Shown one piece after another: positions 42,421 to 51,855 of a stretch of 64,000 bases of DNA. Location of the stretch: contig JAXGNR010000005.1 in assembly GCA_040767965.1 (NCBI GenBank), positions 64,001 through 128,000 on the forward strand, in the 5' to 3' direction. The stretch is from Atribacterota bacterium (GTDB taxonomy: Bacteria; Atribacterota; Phoenicimicrobiia; Phoenicimicrobiales; Stramentimicrobiaceae). The position numbers and the translations under genes are program-made. Position 1 is the stretch's first letter; each line of letters opens with the position of its first letter. The notes below the pieces were generated by a model that was not told the origin of the DNA, did not search any database, and worked only from the letters and a program-made list of their open reading frames with translations.

Positions 42421-42885
42421 ATTAATATAAATATATTTGATGATTTACAGCAAATTTTCAATAATCGAATTCTTTTGATTGCGTTAACAGTATGGAGCAT
42501 CAACCAGATTATTAAGGTGATTCTTTTTTATATTACTGAAAAAAAAATGGATCCTGGTAGAATTTTTGGAGCCGGAGGAATGCCAAGCACTCATTCTGCT
42601 TTGTCAGTTAGCGTAGCAGTTTCTATAGGATATAAAGAAGGATGGGAGTCTACTATATTTGCTTTGGCATTAACTACAGCAATTATAGTGATGGCTGATG
42701 CAGCTGGAGTTAGAAGGGCTACAGGAGAGCAAGCAAAGGTTTTAAACAGAATTATTATTGAATTTTTTGAAGAAATAAAAATTAGAGATGAGCGATTAAA
42801 AGAGTTCATCGGTCATACTCCTTTTGAGGTAATAGTCGGTGCTATTATAGGATTAATTATTGCTACTATAATGTCTGTTTATTAA
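42421..42885 (+). CDS. Divergent PAP2 / DUF212 (YuiD-like) membrane protein; start uncertain (ATT 42421 or TTG 42475)
   Basis: Motifs GGMPSTHS, DAAGVRR and GHTPFEV. Confidence 0.85.
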   Translation: MNINIFDDLQQIFNNRILLIALTVWSINQIIKVILFYITEKKMDPGRIFGAGGMPSTHSALSVSVAVSIGYKEGWESTIFALALTTAIIVMADAAGVRRATGEQAKVLNRIIIEFFEEIKIRDERLKEFIGHTPFEVIVGAIIGLIIATIMSVY

Positions 42886-42921
42886 AAAGTTAAAAATCTA
42901 AAATCAGGTATAGATAAATAT

Positions 42922-43272
42922 ATGGATCGTAAAAAAGAATTAAAACAACAATATAAGCAGATGAAGACAAAGATGGGGTTATATATGATATACTCTGCTG
43001 CAAATAAAAAATCTTTTATTGAAACTACCAAAGACTTAAAAGGTAGAATAAATATGACCAAATTTAAATTAGAACTGGGAAATCATCCGGTAAAATCCCT
43101 CCAGGAAGACTGGAAAAAATTTGGTAAAAGTAATTTTACTATTGAAATTCTTGAAGAGGTTGGATATGAGGAAGGTAAATTAGAGAATGATTACCAGGAT
43201 GAACTATCATTTATGGAGATGATCTGGGAAGAAAAACTTCTAAAGCAAAATGTAGAACTATATAAGAAATAA
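42922..43272 (+). CDS. Small GIY-YIG-like (LuxR-associated type) protein
   Basis: RKKELK..YK, GLYMI and LQEDWKKFG..NF.IEILE family pattern. Confidence 0.7.
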   Translation: MDRKKELKQQYKQMKTKMGLYMIYSAANKKSFIETTKDLKGRINMTKFKLELGNHPVKSLQEDWKKFGKSNFTIEILEEVGYEEGKLENDYQDELSFMEMIWEEKLLKQNVELYKK

Positions 43273-43286
43273 TCAAACTAAAAAAT

Positions 43287-44360
43287 TTAACTACTATGCT
43301 TTTGCTGATTATGATTTTTTAAGATATTTTTATATAATTTACCTATCTTCCTCTCTTTTTGCCTTTTCTCAGCATAAGACATTTCGTAAAATTCTGATTC
43401 TTTCTGCATTTTAAGATAATTATCATATCTTTCTTGTGAAAGCAATCCACTGTTTAATGCTTCCAGGACAGCACATCCTTTTTCTGAAGCGTGCGTACAA
43501 TTACTAAATCGGCACTGCAAAGCTAGTTCTGATATTTCCTGAAAAGTTTGGCTAATTCCTTTTTGAGAGTCAGTTATACCTAATTCTTTCATTCCAGGGG
43601 TATCAATAATAGTACTGCCATTAATGAGTCTGATTAGCTGGCGATTGGTAGTTGTGTGTTTTCCTTTACCATCTTTGCGGACCTCTCCAGTTTTAAATAA
43701 ATTTTTTTCCAGAATATGATTCAGAAGAGTTGTTTTACCTACTCCCGATGAACCTAATAAGCAATAAGTCATCCCGCAGGAAAGTAATCCGGATATTTGC
43801 TCCAGATTGCTTCGTAGAAAATTGCTGAAAGGTATTATGATAAGATCTGGCATAATAGAAACTATTTCTGAAATTTTGCTGTCTGTTTCCTTTTGAAATA
43901 AAAGATCACTTTTACTGAGTAGTATTATTGGCTGTATATTACTCTCCTTGCTGATTGCAATGTAACGTTCCAGTCTCCTTAAATTAAAATCCTGGTCCAA
44001 TGATTGGATAATTAACGAAATATCAACATTGGCGGCAATTAATTGATATTCAGTTTTTCGACCGGCGATCTTTCTCTTTAATAATGTTTTTCTAGGGATA
44101 ATAGCATGGATAATAGCTGATTGATTTTGATTAAAAGGTTGTGTAAGAACCCAATCTCCCACTGTAGGAAAATCTAAAGATGATTCCAGATTGAATAAAA
44201 GATTACCGCTTAGTTCAGCAAAGACTTCATTGTGATCTCTGATTATCGTATAGCTATTTTTATGAACACTGGAAATCCTGGTAATCTCAAAATTGTCAAA
44301 TTTAAACGGTTTTGCTTTTTGTAAGACCCATTGAGGGATGTTCAAATTATTTATATTCAT
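43287..44360 (-). CDS. rsgA: Ribosome small subunit-dependent GTPase A
   Basis: Minus strand: the plus strand reads TTA at 43287 and CAT at 44358-44360, so the track strand is wrong. Motifs PTVGDWV, SKSD, GSSGVGKT, GKHTT, DTPG and Zn finger CRFSNCTH..EKGC. Confidence 0.92.
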   Translation of the reverse strand: MNINNLNIPQWVLQKAKPFKFDNFEITRISSVHKNSYTIIRDHNEVFAELSGNLLFNLESSLDFPTVGDWVLTQPFNQNQSAIIHAIIPRKTLLKRKIAGRKTEYQLIAANVDISLIIQSLDQDFNLRRLERYIAISKESNIQPIILLSKSDLLFQKETDSKISEIVSIMPDLIIIPFSNFLRSNLEQISGLLSCGMTYCLLGSSGVGKTTLLNHILEKNLFKTGEVRKDGKGKHTTTNRQLIRLINGSTIIDTPGMKELGITDSQKGISQTFQEISELALQCRFSNCTHASEKGCAVLEALNSGLLSQERYDNYLKMQKESEFYEMSYAEKRQKERKIGKLYKNILKNHNQQKHSS

Positions 44361-44564
44361 TACTGGTACCTTTATTAAGTTTTACTTTGGTAAAAATTCT
44401 CCGATATTGACTTTCATTATAAAATTGTTAATTAATAATATTATGAAAAAAACATAAAAGCAAATATAATTAAGATAGTAAAAACTGAGAATATACGCCA
44501 AAATAGACAACAGAGTAATTATAATTATTTTATCTAAAAAATGTTTAGAAAAGGAGAATCATCA

Positions 44565-45452
44565 ATGGATAAAACATTAAGAGAAGAAGAGATTAAGGAA
44601 TTGAAAAAAGCTCAACAGGATGAACTGGTCGGGCAGGAAGTTTATGGCAAGTTAGCAAAATTAGTTAAAGACAAACATAATTCTGCTGTTTTAGCAAAAA
44701 TTGCTGAAGATGAGAGAGAACATGCCAAAATATTTCAAAAATACACAAAAACTGACTTAAAAGTGAACAAATGGCGTGTATTCTTTTATGTCTTAATATC
44801 CCGGGTATTTGGGTTGACTTTTGGCATTAAGTTACAAGAAAAAGGAGAAGAGGCCGCTCAAAATAGCTATAAAAAAATGCTGCAGGCTATTCCTGAAATG
44901 AAAGCAATTATAGAAGCTGAAGAAAAACATGAGGCTGAATTAATTGGTATGATAAATGAAGAAAGATTATCTTATATGAGCTCAGTTGTTTTGGGTTTAA
45001 ATGATGCACTTGTAGAATTAACCGGAGCCCTGGCTGGTTTTACTTTATCAATTCAAAATTCTAGAATGATTGCCCTGCTTGGATTGATCACTGGAATTTC
45101 TGCATCATTTTCCATGGCTGCCAGCGAATATTTATCTACCAAGTCAGAATCTGATCCAGAGGAACAAAAGAGGGCAGGTAAATCAGCTTTATATACCGGA
45201 ACTGCCTATATTTTAACTGTAATTGCTTTAGTTGTTCCGTATTTTTTAATTAGCAATTATATCTACAGTCTTTTAACCACAATCGTTATTGCTTTATTTA
45301 TAATATTTATCTTTAACTATTATATTTCAGTTGCCAATGATTATAACTTCAAAAAAAGATTTATGGAAATGGCTACAATTAGTATTGGTGTAGCAGCCCT
45401 TTCTTTTGTTATTGGATATTTAGTAAAAAACTTTTTAGGTTTTGAGCTATAG
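44565..45452 (+). CDS. Ferritin-like/rubrerythrin fused to a VIT1/CCC1 iron exporter (MbfA-like)
   Basis: Two ExxH motifs (EREH, EEKH), then VLGLNDALVE and SMAASEYLS. AAGGAG SD before ATG 44565. Confidence 0.88.
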   Translation: MDKTLREEEIKELKKAQQDELVGQEVYGKLAKLVKDKHNSAVLAKIAEDEREHAKIFQKYTKTDLKVNKWRVFFYVLISRVFGLTFGIKLQEKGEEAAQNSYKKMLQAIPEMKAIIEAEEKHEAELIGMINEERLSYMSSVVLGLNDALVELTGALAGFTLSIQNSRMIALLGLITGISASFSMAASEYLSTKSESDPEEQKRAGKSALYTGTAYILTVIALVVPYFLISNYIYSLLTTIVIALFIIFIFNYYISVANDYNFKKRFMEMATISIGVAALSFVIGYLVKNFLGFEL

Positions 45453-45601
45453 GTATAATCAATAAATATTTCAGAACAGAACAAATTAATTTTATTGTTT
45501 GATAACATTTTTGAAAGTAATAATCTTAATATAATTGTATTCTTGTAATTAATATAATAGAATAATCAATATTTTATTATGAAAAGAAAAGGTGGGGAAA
45601 A

Positions 45602-46159
45602 GTGAATAATGAAGAAGACAAACAGAAAGTTGAACTTGACTGTGCAAAAGAGCAAATAGCAAGAGTGTGCCAAAGACTGGCTCTTTTGCACCTGTCATTT
45701 GCAAAAACAATTACCGATAAGCTGGGCAAAGAAGAAGGAAGAAAGCTGATTTTGGAAGCAATTAAAGATTATGGTAACAGAATTGGAGTAGAGGCAAAAG
45801 AACTGACAGAAAGACAGGGACTTGCAAATACACCTGAAAATTATAAAAGTGATCTGCCTTTTTTTGGTATGCATGAAAAGGTTGAAGAGGTAAAAGTGGA
45901 TGGAGAAGATAGAAAAAGATCCTATGGGTGTGTAATGGGAGAACTCTGGAAAAAATTAGGAGAAAATGAACTTGGTCGCTTGTATTGCTATGTTGATCCT
46001 GCAAAATATATGGCTTACAATCCTGAATATGTTTTAGTTCATAGAAAATCCATTCCGGATGGTGATCAATTCTGTGAATTCATTGTCAGGAAGACAACTA
46101 AAAAGGAACAGAAAGATTTTCAAAGCCAGGAGCAAGATTGGTCTTATATTGATGAATAA
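45602..46159 (+). CDS. ATC hydrolase-like (L-2-amino-thiazoline-4-carboxylate hydrolase / V4R-like) protein
   Basis: C...W.....G.LYC.VD and GD..CEF pattern. Confidence 0.65.
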   Translation: MNNEEDKQKVELDCAKEQIARVCQRLALLHLSFAKTITDKLGKEEGRKLILEAIKDYGNRIGVEAKELTERQGLANTPENYKSDLPFFGMHEKVEEVKVDGEDRKRSYGCVMGELWKKLGENELGRLYCYVDPAKYMAYNPEYVLVHRKSIPDGDQFCEFIVRKTTKKEQKDFQSQEQDWSYIDE

Positions 46160-46305
46160 TAAATCAGGCGGAAAAACAACAGAACAGAAACTCAATTAAA
46201 ACTTTATTATTCTTAGTAACAGCATATTTAAATATTTATATTCAATATAAAAGAATATTGTTGAATCTAGTTAAAAAAGAAAAAATTGAAAGAAAAGAGG
46301 CTAAA

Positions 46306-46788
46306 ATGTGGTTTATATATTTAACCGGAACTATATTATCTTTATCTTTCTTGCTGGATAGGGGAAAAACTAAATTAGCCCTGATAAAGGCTGCAAAAAG
46401 ATTTTTGTTTATTATACCTTCTTTTATGATAATGCTAGTATTTGTGTCGATAATATTATTTCTTTTCCCGCAAGAAAAAATAGTAATTTACCTTAACCAG
46501 GGTAACCAGATGTTAAATGTCATCTTGGCTGCATTGGTAGGCTCAATTACTATTATGCCGGGTTTTGTGGTTTTCCCACTAGCAGGTATTCTGAGAAATA
46601 GTGGAATATCTTATACTGTTATTGCTTCCTTTACTACTACTTTGATGATGGTGGGAACAATAACATTTCCTGTTGAGATAACTTATTTTGGCAAAAAAGT
46701 AACTGTAATCCGTAATGTGGTCAGTTTTTTAATCGCAATTATTATTGCATTAGCGATCGGGATTTATTTTAAAGAGGTTTCTTTATGA
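46306..46788 (+). CDS. Small permease subunit (DUF318/ArsP-like pair, first gene)
   Basis: Hydrophobic, GSITIMPGFVVFPLAG, E...FG..VT..RN. Confidence 0.7.
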   Translation: MWFIYLTGTILSLSFLLDRGKTKLALIKAAKRFLFIIPSFMIMLVFVSIILFLFPQEKIVIYLNQGNQMLNVILAALVGSITIMPGFVVFPLAGILRNSGISYTVIASFTTTLMMVGTITFPVEITYFGKKVTVIRNVVSFLIAIIIALAIGIYFKEVSL

Positions 46789-47318
46789 AAAAAGATACAA
46801 AAAATAAAAAAAATAAATATATTCAGCTTAGCATTATAGCTTTTTATCTGGTTTTCATTTTACTTTCATTTATTTTTAAAGTTGATGCGGGAGTTGAAAT
46901 AGGGAAAAATTTAATTTCTTTTTTGCTTTATATGCTAAAAATATTACCCTGTGCTTTCATATTAATTGGCTTGTTTGAGGTTTGGGTTTCCAGAGAAAAA
47001 GTTGAAAAACATCTTGGTTATGCAGGTGGTATAAGAGGGTATATCTGGGCAATAATTTTAGCAGGCACAATGGCAGGAGGTCTGCTGGTTGCATTGCCTG
47101 TTTCATCGGCATTATATCATAAAGGTGCCCGATTAAGTGTTATTTTTACCTTCATAAGTGCTTCTGCAATAGTGAGAATACCTATGACTTTATTTGAGGC
47201 TTCTTTTTTAGGAATAGAATTTACTATAATAAGATGGCTTATTTCAATTCCTTTAATAATTACCTTTTCCATATTTTTAGAAAAATATTTAAAAAAACAA
47301 AATTTTTCAATTACATAA
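46785..47318 (+). CDS. Small permease subunit (pair, second gene)
   Basis: Hydrophobic, RIPMTLFEASFLG, ATGA overlap with the upstream gene. Confidence 0.7.
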   Translation: MKKDTKNKKNKYIQLSIIAFYLVFILLSFIFKVDAGVEIGKNLISFLLYMLKILPCAFILIGLFEVWVSREKVEKHLGYAGGIRGYIWAIILAGTMAGGLLVALPVSSALYHKGARLSVIFTFISASAIVRIPMTLFEASFLGIEFTIIRWLISIPLIITFSIFLEKYLKKQNFSIT

Positions 47319-47374
47319 TTAGATCTTAACAAACAAATAAAATGGATTATTATAAGAAAATAAAGAGGAATTAT

Positions 47375-47402
47375 TTGACTTTTTTTGTAAATGTTGTATA
47401 AT
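47375..47402 (+). promoter_or_regulatory. Sigma70 promoter of the RRM gene
   Basis: TTGACT-N16-TATAAT. Confidence 0.6.
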
Positions 47403-47551
47403 TTAATGGTTAATTAAAATTTTTTTGTATAATACAGAAAATATTTTTTTGTAACAGAAATACAGTAATATAAAAATAGAGTTTTGATTTATCTTGATAT
47501 TTTTACCTCTAAATTTAATGTTACTGAAAAAATAAAAAGGAGGGAAAAAAT

Positions 47552-47824
47552 ATGCAAGGTAGTAAAGTTTACGTAGGAAATCTAAATTATTCAGTGAATA
47601 ACCAACAACTGGAAGAGCTTTTTGCTAATTATGGCACTGTTAAGAGTGTTAATATTATCGAAGGCAAAGGTTTTGGTTTTGTGGAAATGTCTTCTTCTGA
47701 AGAAGCAGAATCTGCTAAACAGGCATTAAATGATACTGAATTTAACGGTAGACCATTAAAAATAGACGAAGCTAGACCTCAAAAGCCAAGAAGAGATTTT
47801 GGCGGATATAGAAATCGTTATTAA
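47552..47824 (+). CDS. RNA-binding protein (RRM domain)
   Basis: RNP2 VYVGNL and RNP1 KGFGFVEM. Confidence 0.95.
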   Translation: MQGSKVYVGNLNYSVNNQQLEELFANYGTVKSVNIIEGKGFGFVEMSSSEEAESAKQALNDTEFNGRPLKIDEARPQKPRRDFGGYRNRY

Positions 47825-47830
47825 TAGATA

Positions 47831-47870
47831 AAAAAGCCCTTTTGATGGAAATCAAGAGGGCTTTTTCTTT
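47831..47870 (+). terminator. Intrinsic terminator
   Basis: AAAAAGCCCTTTTGAT-GGAA-ATCAAGAGGGCTTTTT. Confidence 0.85.
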
Positions 47871-47918
47871 ATGTATTTTTTGCCTGATAAAAACAAAAAA
47901 AATACTACAGGACGCAGA

Positions 47919-48785
47919 ATGGATAAAAAAGAAATAAAAAGTATTGCAGCAGATTATATTAAAAATTCAAATGATAATTACATTAATGAAAAATATGCCA
48001 TTTCAAAAAAATTAATTGGTACTAAAATATTTAATATACCTATATTTTCCTTTGGCAGTGCAGATGATGAATTATTTAAAAAACTAAAAGAACCATCAGT
48101 TATAGGTGAACATTTTTTATTACCGAAAGAATGGCTAACAAATGCCAAAACCGTAATTTCTTTCTTTTTGCCATTTAGTAAACAAGTACGAGAAAGCAAT
48201 TACCATGATCAAAAATGGCCTTCAGCAGAATGGTTACATGCCCGCATAGAAGGTCAGGAATTACTGAATAAATTATGTTCTTTTTTAAAGGAAAAAATAG
48301 AAAAGGAAAATTACAAAAGTATTGTACCTATATTTGATTCAAGGTTTTGGAGTAATACAAATGATAAGAAAAAAGAACTAATTAAGAATAAAAACCAGCT
48401 TGATCCACCTCTTTTTACCAGCAATTGGTCAGAAAGGCATACAGCATACATCTGTGGTCTAGGCACTTTTGGCCTTTCCAAAGGATTAATAACAAAAAAA
48501 GGAATAGCTGGCAGGTTTGGAAGTATTGTTACAGAAAAATATTTCCGACCAGATAAGCGAAAATATGACATGGTATCTGAATATTGCAGCAGGTGTGGGG
48601 AATGCGCAAAGCAATGTCCTGTAAATGCAATTTCTTTGCAGAATGGCAAAAACCATTTTATTTGTTCTGATTTTTTGAAGATTACCAGATCAAAATATAG
48701 TCCCCGTTATGGCTGCGGGAAGTGTCAGGTAAATGTCCCCTGTGAAAACAAAATACCTGTTAAATCCCTTAAAGAAAGTACTTAG
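47919..48785 (+). CDS. QueG / reductive-dehalogenase-like 4Fe-4S protein
   Basis: SNWSERH, GLGTFG, CxxCxxCxxxCP and GCGKCQ...PC motifs. Confidence 0.75.
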   Translation: MDKKEIKSIAADYIKNSNDNYINEKYAISKKLIGTKIFNIPIFSFGSADDELFKKLKEPSVIGEHFLLPKEWLTNAKTVISFFLPFSKQVRESNYHDQKWPSAEWLHARIEGQELLNKLCSFLKEKIEKENYKSIVPIFDSRFWSNTNDKKKELIKNKNQLDPPLFTSNWSERHTAYICGLGTFGLSKGLITKKGIAGRFGSIVTEKYFRPDKRKYDMVSEYCSRCGECAKQCPVNAISLQNGKNHFICSDFLKITRSKYSPRYGCGKCQVNVPCENKIPVKSLKEST

Positions 48786-48797
48786 TTAATTTTATAG

Positions 48798-49064
48798 TTA
48801 ATGCCGATCCCTTTCCAGGTCATAAATCATTTTTTCTAAATACCATTCTTCAGATCGATTTGGGTATTTTTGCTTAAGATTTGCTAATAGCCTGTCTATT
48901 GTTTCATCTGCTAACTCAGGGGTCAGACGTAATAAGGAATAACACCTTTGTCGCAATACCTTTTTCTTGCCGGGTACCTTGCTTTTTTTAGCTATATAAA
49001 ATATATAAATATAGATTACTACCAGAAATAAGGCTGTCCCGAAGATATAGAAAACCTGCTTCAT
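48798..49064 (-). CDS. Small membrane-anchored hypothetical protein
   Basis: N-terminal TM segment, AAAGG SD, YP.RSEEWYLEK..YDL.RDR motif. Confidence 0.65.
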   Translation of the reverse strand: MKQVFYIFGTALFLVVIYIYIFYIAKKSKVPGKKKVLRQRCYSLLRLTPELADETIDRLLANLKQKYPNRSEEWYLEKMIYDLERDRH

Positions 49065-49301
49065 AATAAAATACCTTTTTAGAATATGATTTATAAAAAT
49101 AGTTTCTTAAAAATGCCAGTCACATCTTTAGTTGTATTGGTAGGTTATTTTAACACTACTATAAATGTTTTTACAAGTTTTTATAAGCATATGTTATAAT
49201 TTAAAATCAAAAAGTTGCCAATCACAAAAAAACAGCCGAACAGAAAAATTGATAGCATTTATTTGTTTAAAAAATATTGTTTTGGATAATGGAGAGATGT
49301 T

Positions 49302-50339
49302 TTGATCGATATTGGAAGAGAAGAAGAGTTAATATCTTATTTACGCAAAATTAATTTTATCTCAACAGGAAATCCAGTCCAGATAAGCGAGTTTGGCGGA
49401 GGAGTCTCCTGTAAAGTAATTCAGGTAAAAACAAACGGAAATAGCTTTGTAATAAAACAGGCTTTATCAAAATTAAAAGTAAAAGACAGTTGGTATTCTG
49501 ACAGAAGTAGAATAATAAATGAAAGAAAATGTTTAGAAGTATATCAGGAGATAATTCCCGATTTCGTTCCCGGGATTTTATATCATGATGACGCCAACTA
49601 TCTTTTTATCATGGAATCAATATCGCCCAATGCAATTCCCTGGAAAAATATACTGTTAAAAGGGAATATTGATTATGATGTAGGGAGAAAAATATCATTT
49701 GCCCTGGCGAAAGTTCATGAACATTCATCAGGGGATTCCAAAATTAAAAATATATTCAATAGTGATAAATTTTTTATTGAGTTACGAATAGAACCTTATC
49801 TGGAGACAATTAAACAAAAACATCCGGCTTTAAATAATCTTATCAGTCAGGCAATCTATTTGCTTTTAACAGACAAAACAGTCCTGGTACATGGTGATTA
49901 TAGCCCAAAAAATATCCTAGTATTACATAAAAATATATTTATCCTGGATTTTGAGGTTGCTCATTGGGGGAATCCTATCTTTGACCTTGCTTTCTTAACC
50001 AACCATCTGCTGCTGAAGTCTATTAAAAATCCCCGGTTGATAGATGAATATCTGGGATTAATGATAGAGATGGTAAATGTGTATTTTGAAAACCGGGGAA
50101 GCGTAAATCGCGCGATTGTTGAAAAAGATACTATTAATTTATTAGCCCTTTTGTTTTTAGCAAGAGTTGATGGAAAATCCCCTGCTGAGTATATTGAAGC
50201 AGAAAGTGATAAAAAAGCAGTGAGAGAACTTAGCTATTCAATGTTATTAGAAGATAATTATGAAAAATATGAACAATTGCCTGATTTATTCAAAAAATAT
50301 TTATTGAAATTTAAGAAAGTAGAGGAATTAGATAAATAA
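49302..50339 (+). CDS. APH / methylthioribose-kinase-like phosphotransferase
   Basis: GGGVS loop, VIKQALSKL, LVHGDYSPKN, LDFE. Confidence 0.85.
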   Translation: MIDIGREEELISYLRKINFISTGNPVQISEFGGGVSCKVIQVKTNGNSFVIKQALSKLKVKDSWYSDRSRIINERKCLEVYQEIIPDFVPGILYHDDANYLFIMESISPNAIPWKNILLKGNIDYDVGRKISFALAKVHEHSSGDSKIKNIFNSDKFFIELRIEPYLETIKQKHPALNNLISQAIYLLLTDKTVLVHGDYSPKNILVLHKNIFILDFEVAHWGNPIFDLAFLTNHLLLKSIKNPRLIDEYLGLMIEMVNVYFENRGSVNRAIVEKDTINLLALLFLARVDGKSPAEYIEAESDKKAVRELSYSMLLEDNYEKYEQLPDLFKKYLLKFKKVEELDK

Positions 50340-51637
50340 TGAGAGGCAGCAAAATTAAAGCAATTAACGCAAGGCAAATATATGATTCAAGAGCCAACCC
50401 GACAGTTGAAGTAGAGATATTTTTGGAAGGAGATATCATTGGTAGAGGAATAGTTCCTTCTGGAGCATCGAAAGGACGTTTTGAAGCATTAGAGTTGAGG
50501 GATGGTGATAAAGGCAGATTAAACGGTAAAAGTGTATTCAATGCTATTGAAAACATTAAAAATATTATTTCACCCAGACTATTGGGTATTGATGTTACTC
50601 AGCAAGAGAAGATAGATCAAATTTTAATAGAATTGGATGGCACTGAAAACAAATCCCGTTTAGGGGCAAATGCAATTTTGGGTGTTTCAATGGCGGCTGC
50701 ATGGGCTGGTGCCAGTTTTTTTAGAGTTCCACTTTATCGATACCTGGGAGGAGATGAAGCAAATCTGATACCAACTCCAATGATTCAAATTATTGGTGGC
50801 GGAGCCCATGCTAATAATGTTATTGATCTGCAGGATTATTTGGTGATACCGATGAAATCTGACAGTTTTGCTTCAGGCTATGAAATGGTTGTTAATGTCT
50901 ATGAAAGCACTAAAAAAATATTTAACCAAAAAAATAAGCCTTTAGGGATTGCTGATGAAGGTGGTTTTTGGCCTTCAGATTTTAAAACTAATGAGGAAGG
51001 ACTGGAATTGTTAATGAGCGGGATAATTGCCGCTGGTTATATACCAGGGGAAGATATTGCAATTGCCCTTGATATTGCCTCCAGTGAGTTTTATGATCAA
51101 AAAATAAAAAAGTATGTATTTGATCTAGAAAAAAAACAATTCACAAGTGCTGAATTTGTAGACTATTTGTGCAGTATTCAACAGAGATATCCAATAATTT
51201 CTATTGAAGATGGGATGGCTGAAGATGATTGGGAAGGCCATCAGCAATTATCAAAAAAACTAAAAGGAAAAGTACAGCTTATAGGTGATGACTTATTCAC
51301 TACTAATGTTAAACGAATAAAAAAAGGTTATGACTTTGGTATTAATAATGCTGTATTGATTAAAATGAATCAGATAGGTACCTTATCAGAAACATTAAAT
51401 GTAATAAAATATACTAAGGAAATAGGATATTTGCCTGTAATTTCAGCAAGATCTGGTGAAACTGAAGATGTGACAATAACTCATTTGGCAATAGCTACCA
51501 ATGCAGGCCAGTTAAAAGTAGGATCTGTAGTCAGGTCAGAACGAACTGTTAAATGGAATGAGGTTATCCGTATTGAAGATAAACTTGGCCAAAAAGCAAA
51601 ATATCTTGGCAAGCATGTTTTTGATAGTATTATTTGA
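50339..51637 (+). CDS. Enolase paralog with a divergent active site
   Basis: DSRANPTVEVE, VPSGAS, DEGG, SIEDG, GDDLF and LIKMNQIG are present. SARSGET replaces SHRSGET and QDYL replaces QEFM. Confidence 0.9.
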   Translation: MRGSKIKAINARQIYDSRANPTVEVEIFLEGDIIGRGIVPSGASKGRFEALELRDGDKGRLNGKSVFNAIENIKNIISPRLLGIDVTQQEKIDQILIELDGTENKSRLGANAILGVSMAAAWAGASFFRVPLYRYLGGDEANLIPTPMIQIIGGGAHANNVIDLQDYLVIPMKSDSFASGYEMVVNVYESTKKIFNQKNKPLGIADEGGFWPSDFKTNEEGLELLMSGIIAAGYIPGEDIAIALDIASSEFYDQKIKKYVFDLEKKQFTSAEFVDYLCSIQQRYPIISIEDGMAEDDWEGHQQLSKKLKGKVQLIGDDLFTTNVKRIKKGYDFGINNAVLIKMNQIGTLSETLNVIKYTKEIGYLPVISARSGETEDVTITHLAIATNAGQLKVGSVVRSERTVKWNEVIRIEDKLGQKAKYLGKHVFDSII

Positions 51638-51855
51638 AATTATACTGGGACCATATTTTTTTCCATCGTAAATATAAAAGCAAGATGGATTCATTAAAAA
51701 AACTATATCTAAGCTAAATTGGAATTGCCATAATTTGAGCATTCCTTTTTCTTATTGGGAAAAACAGAAAGAAAAACAAAAAGATCTATTTGTGATCATA
51801 TTCTGAAAACTATTACTTGTTATCGGAAAAAATATAGTTTGCAGGAGGTTAAGTT

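Noticed and set aside
42922-43272. GIY-YIG protein as a homing endonuclease or mobile element
   Set aside because: Short stand-alone protein with degenerate motifs and no intron, IRs or TSD.
51536-51742. 68-aa minus-strand ORF after the enolase gene
   Set aside because: Overlaps the enolase 3' end, the SD spacing is poor and it has no motifs.
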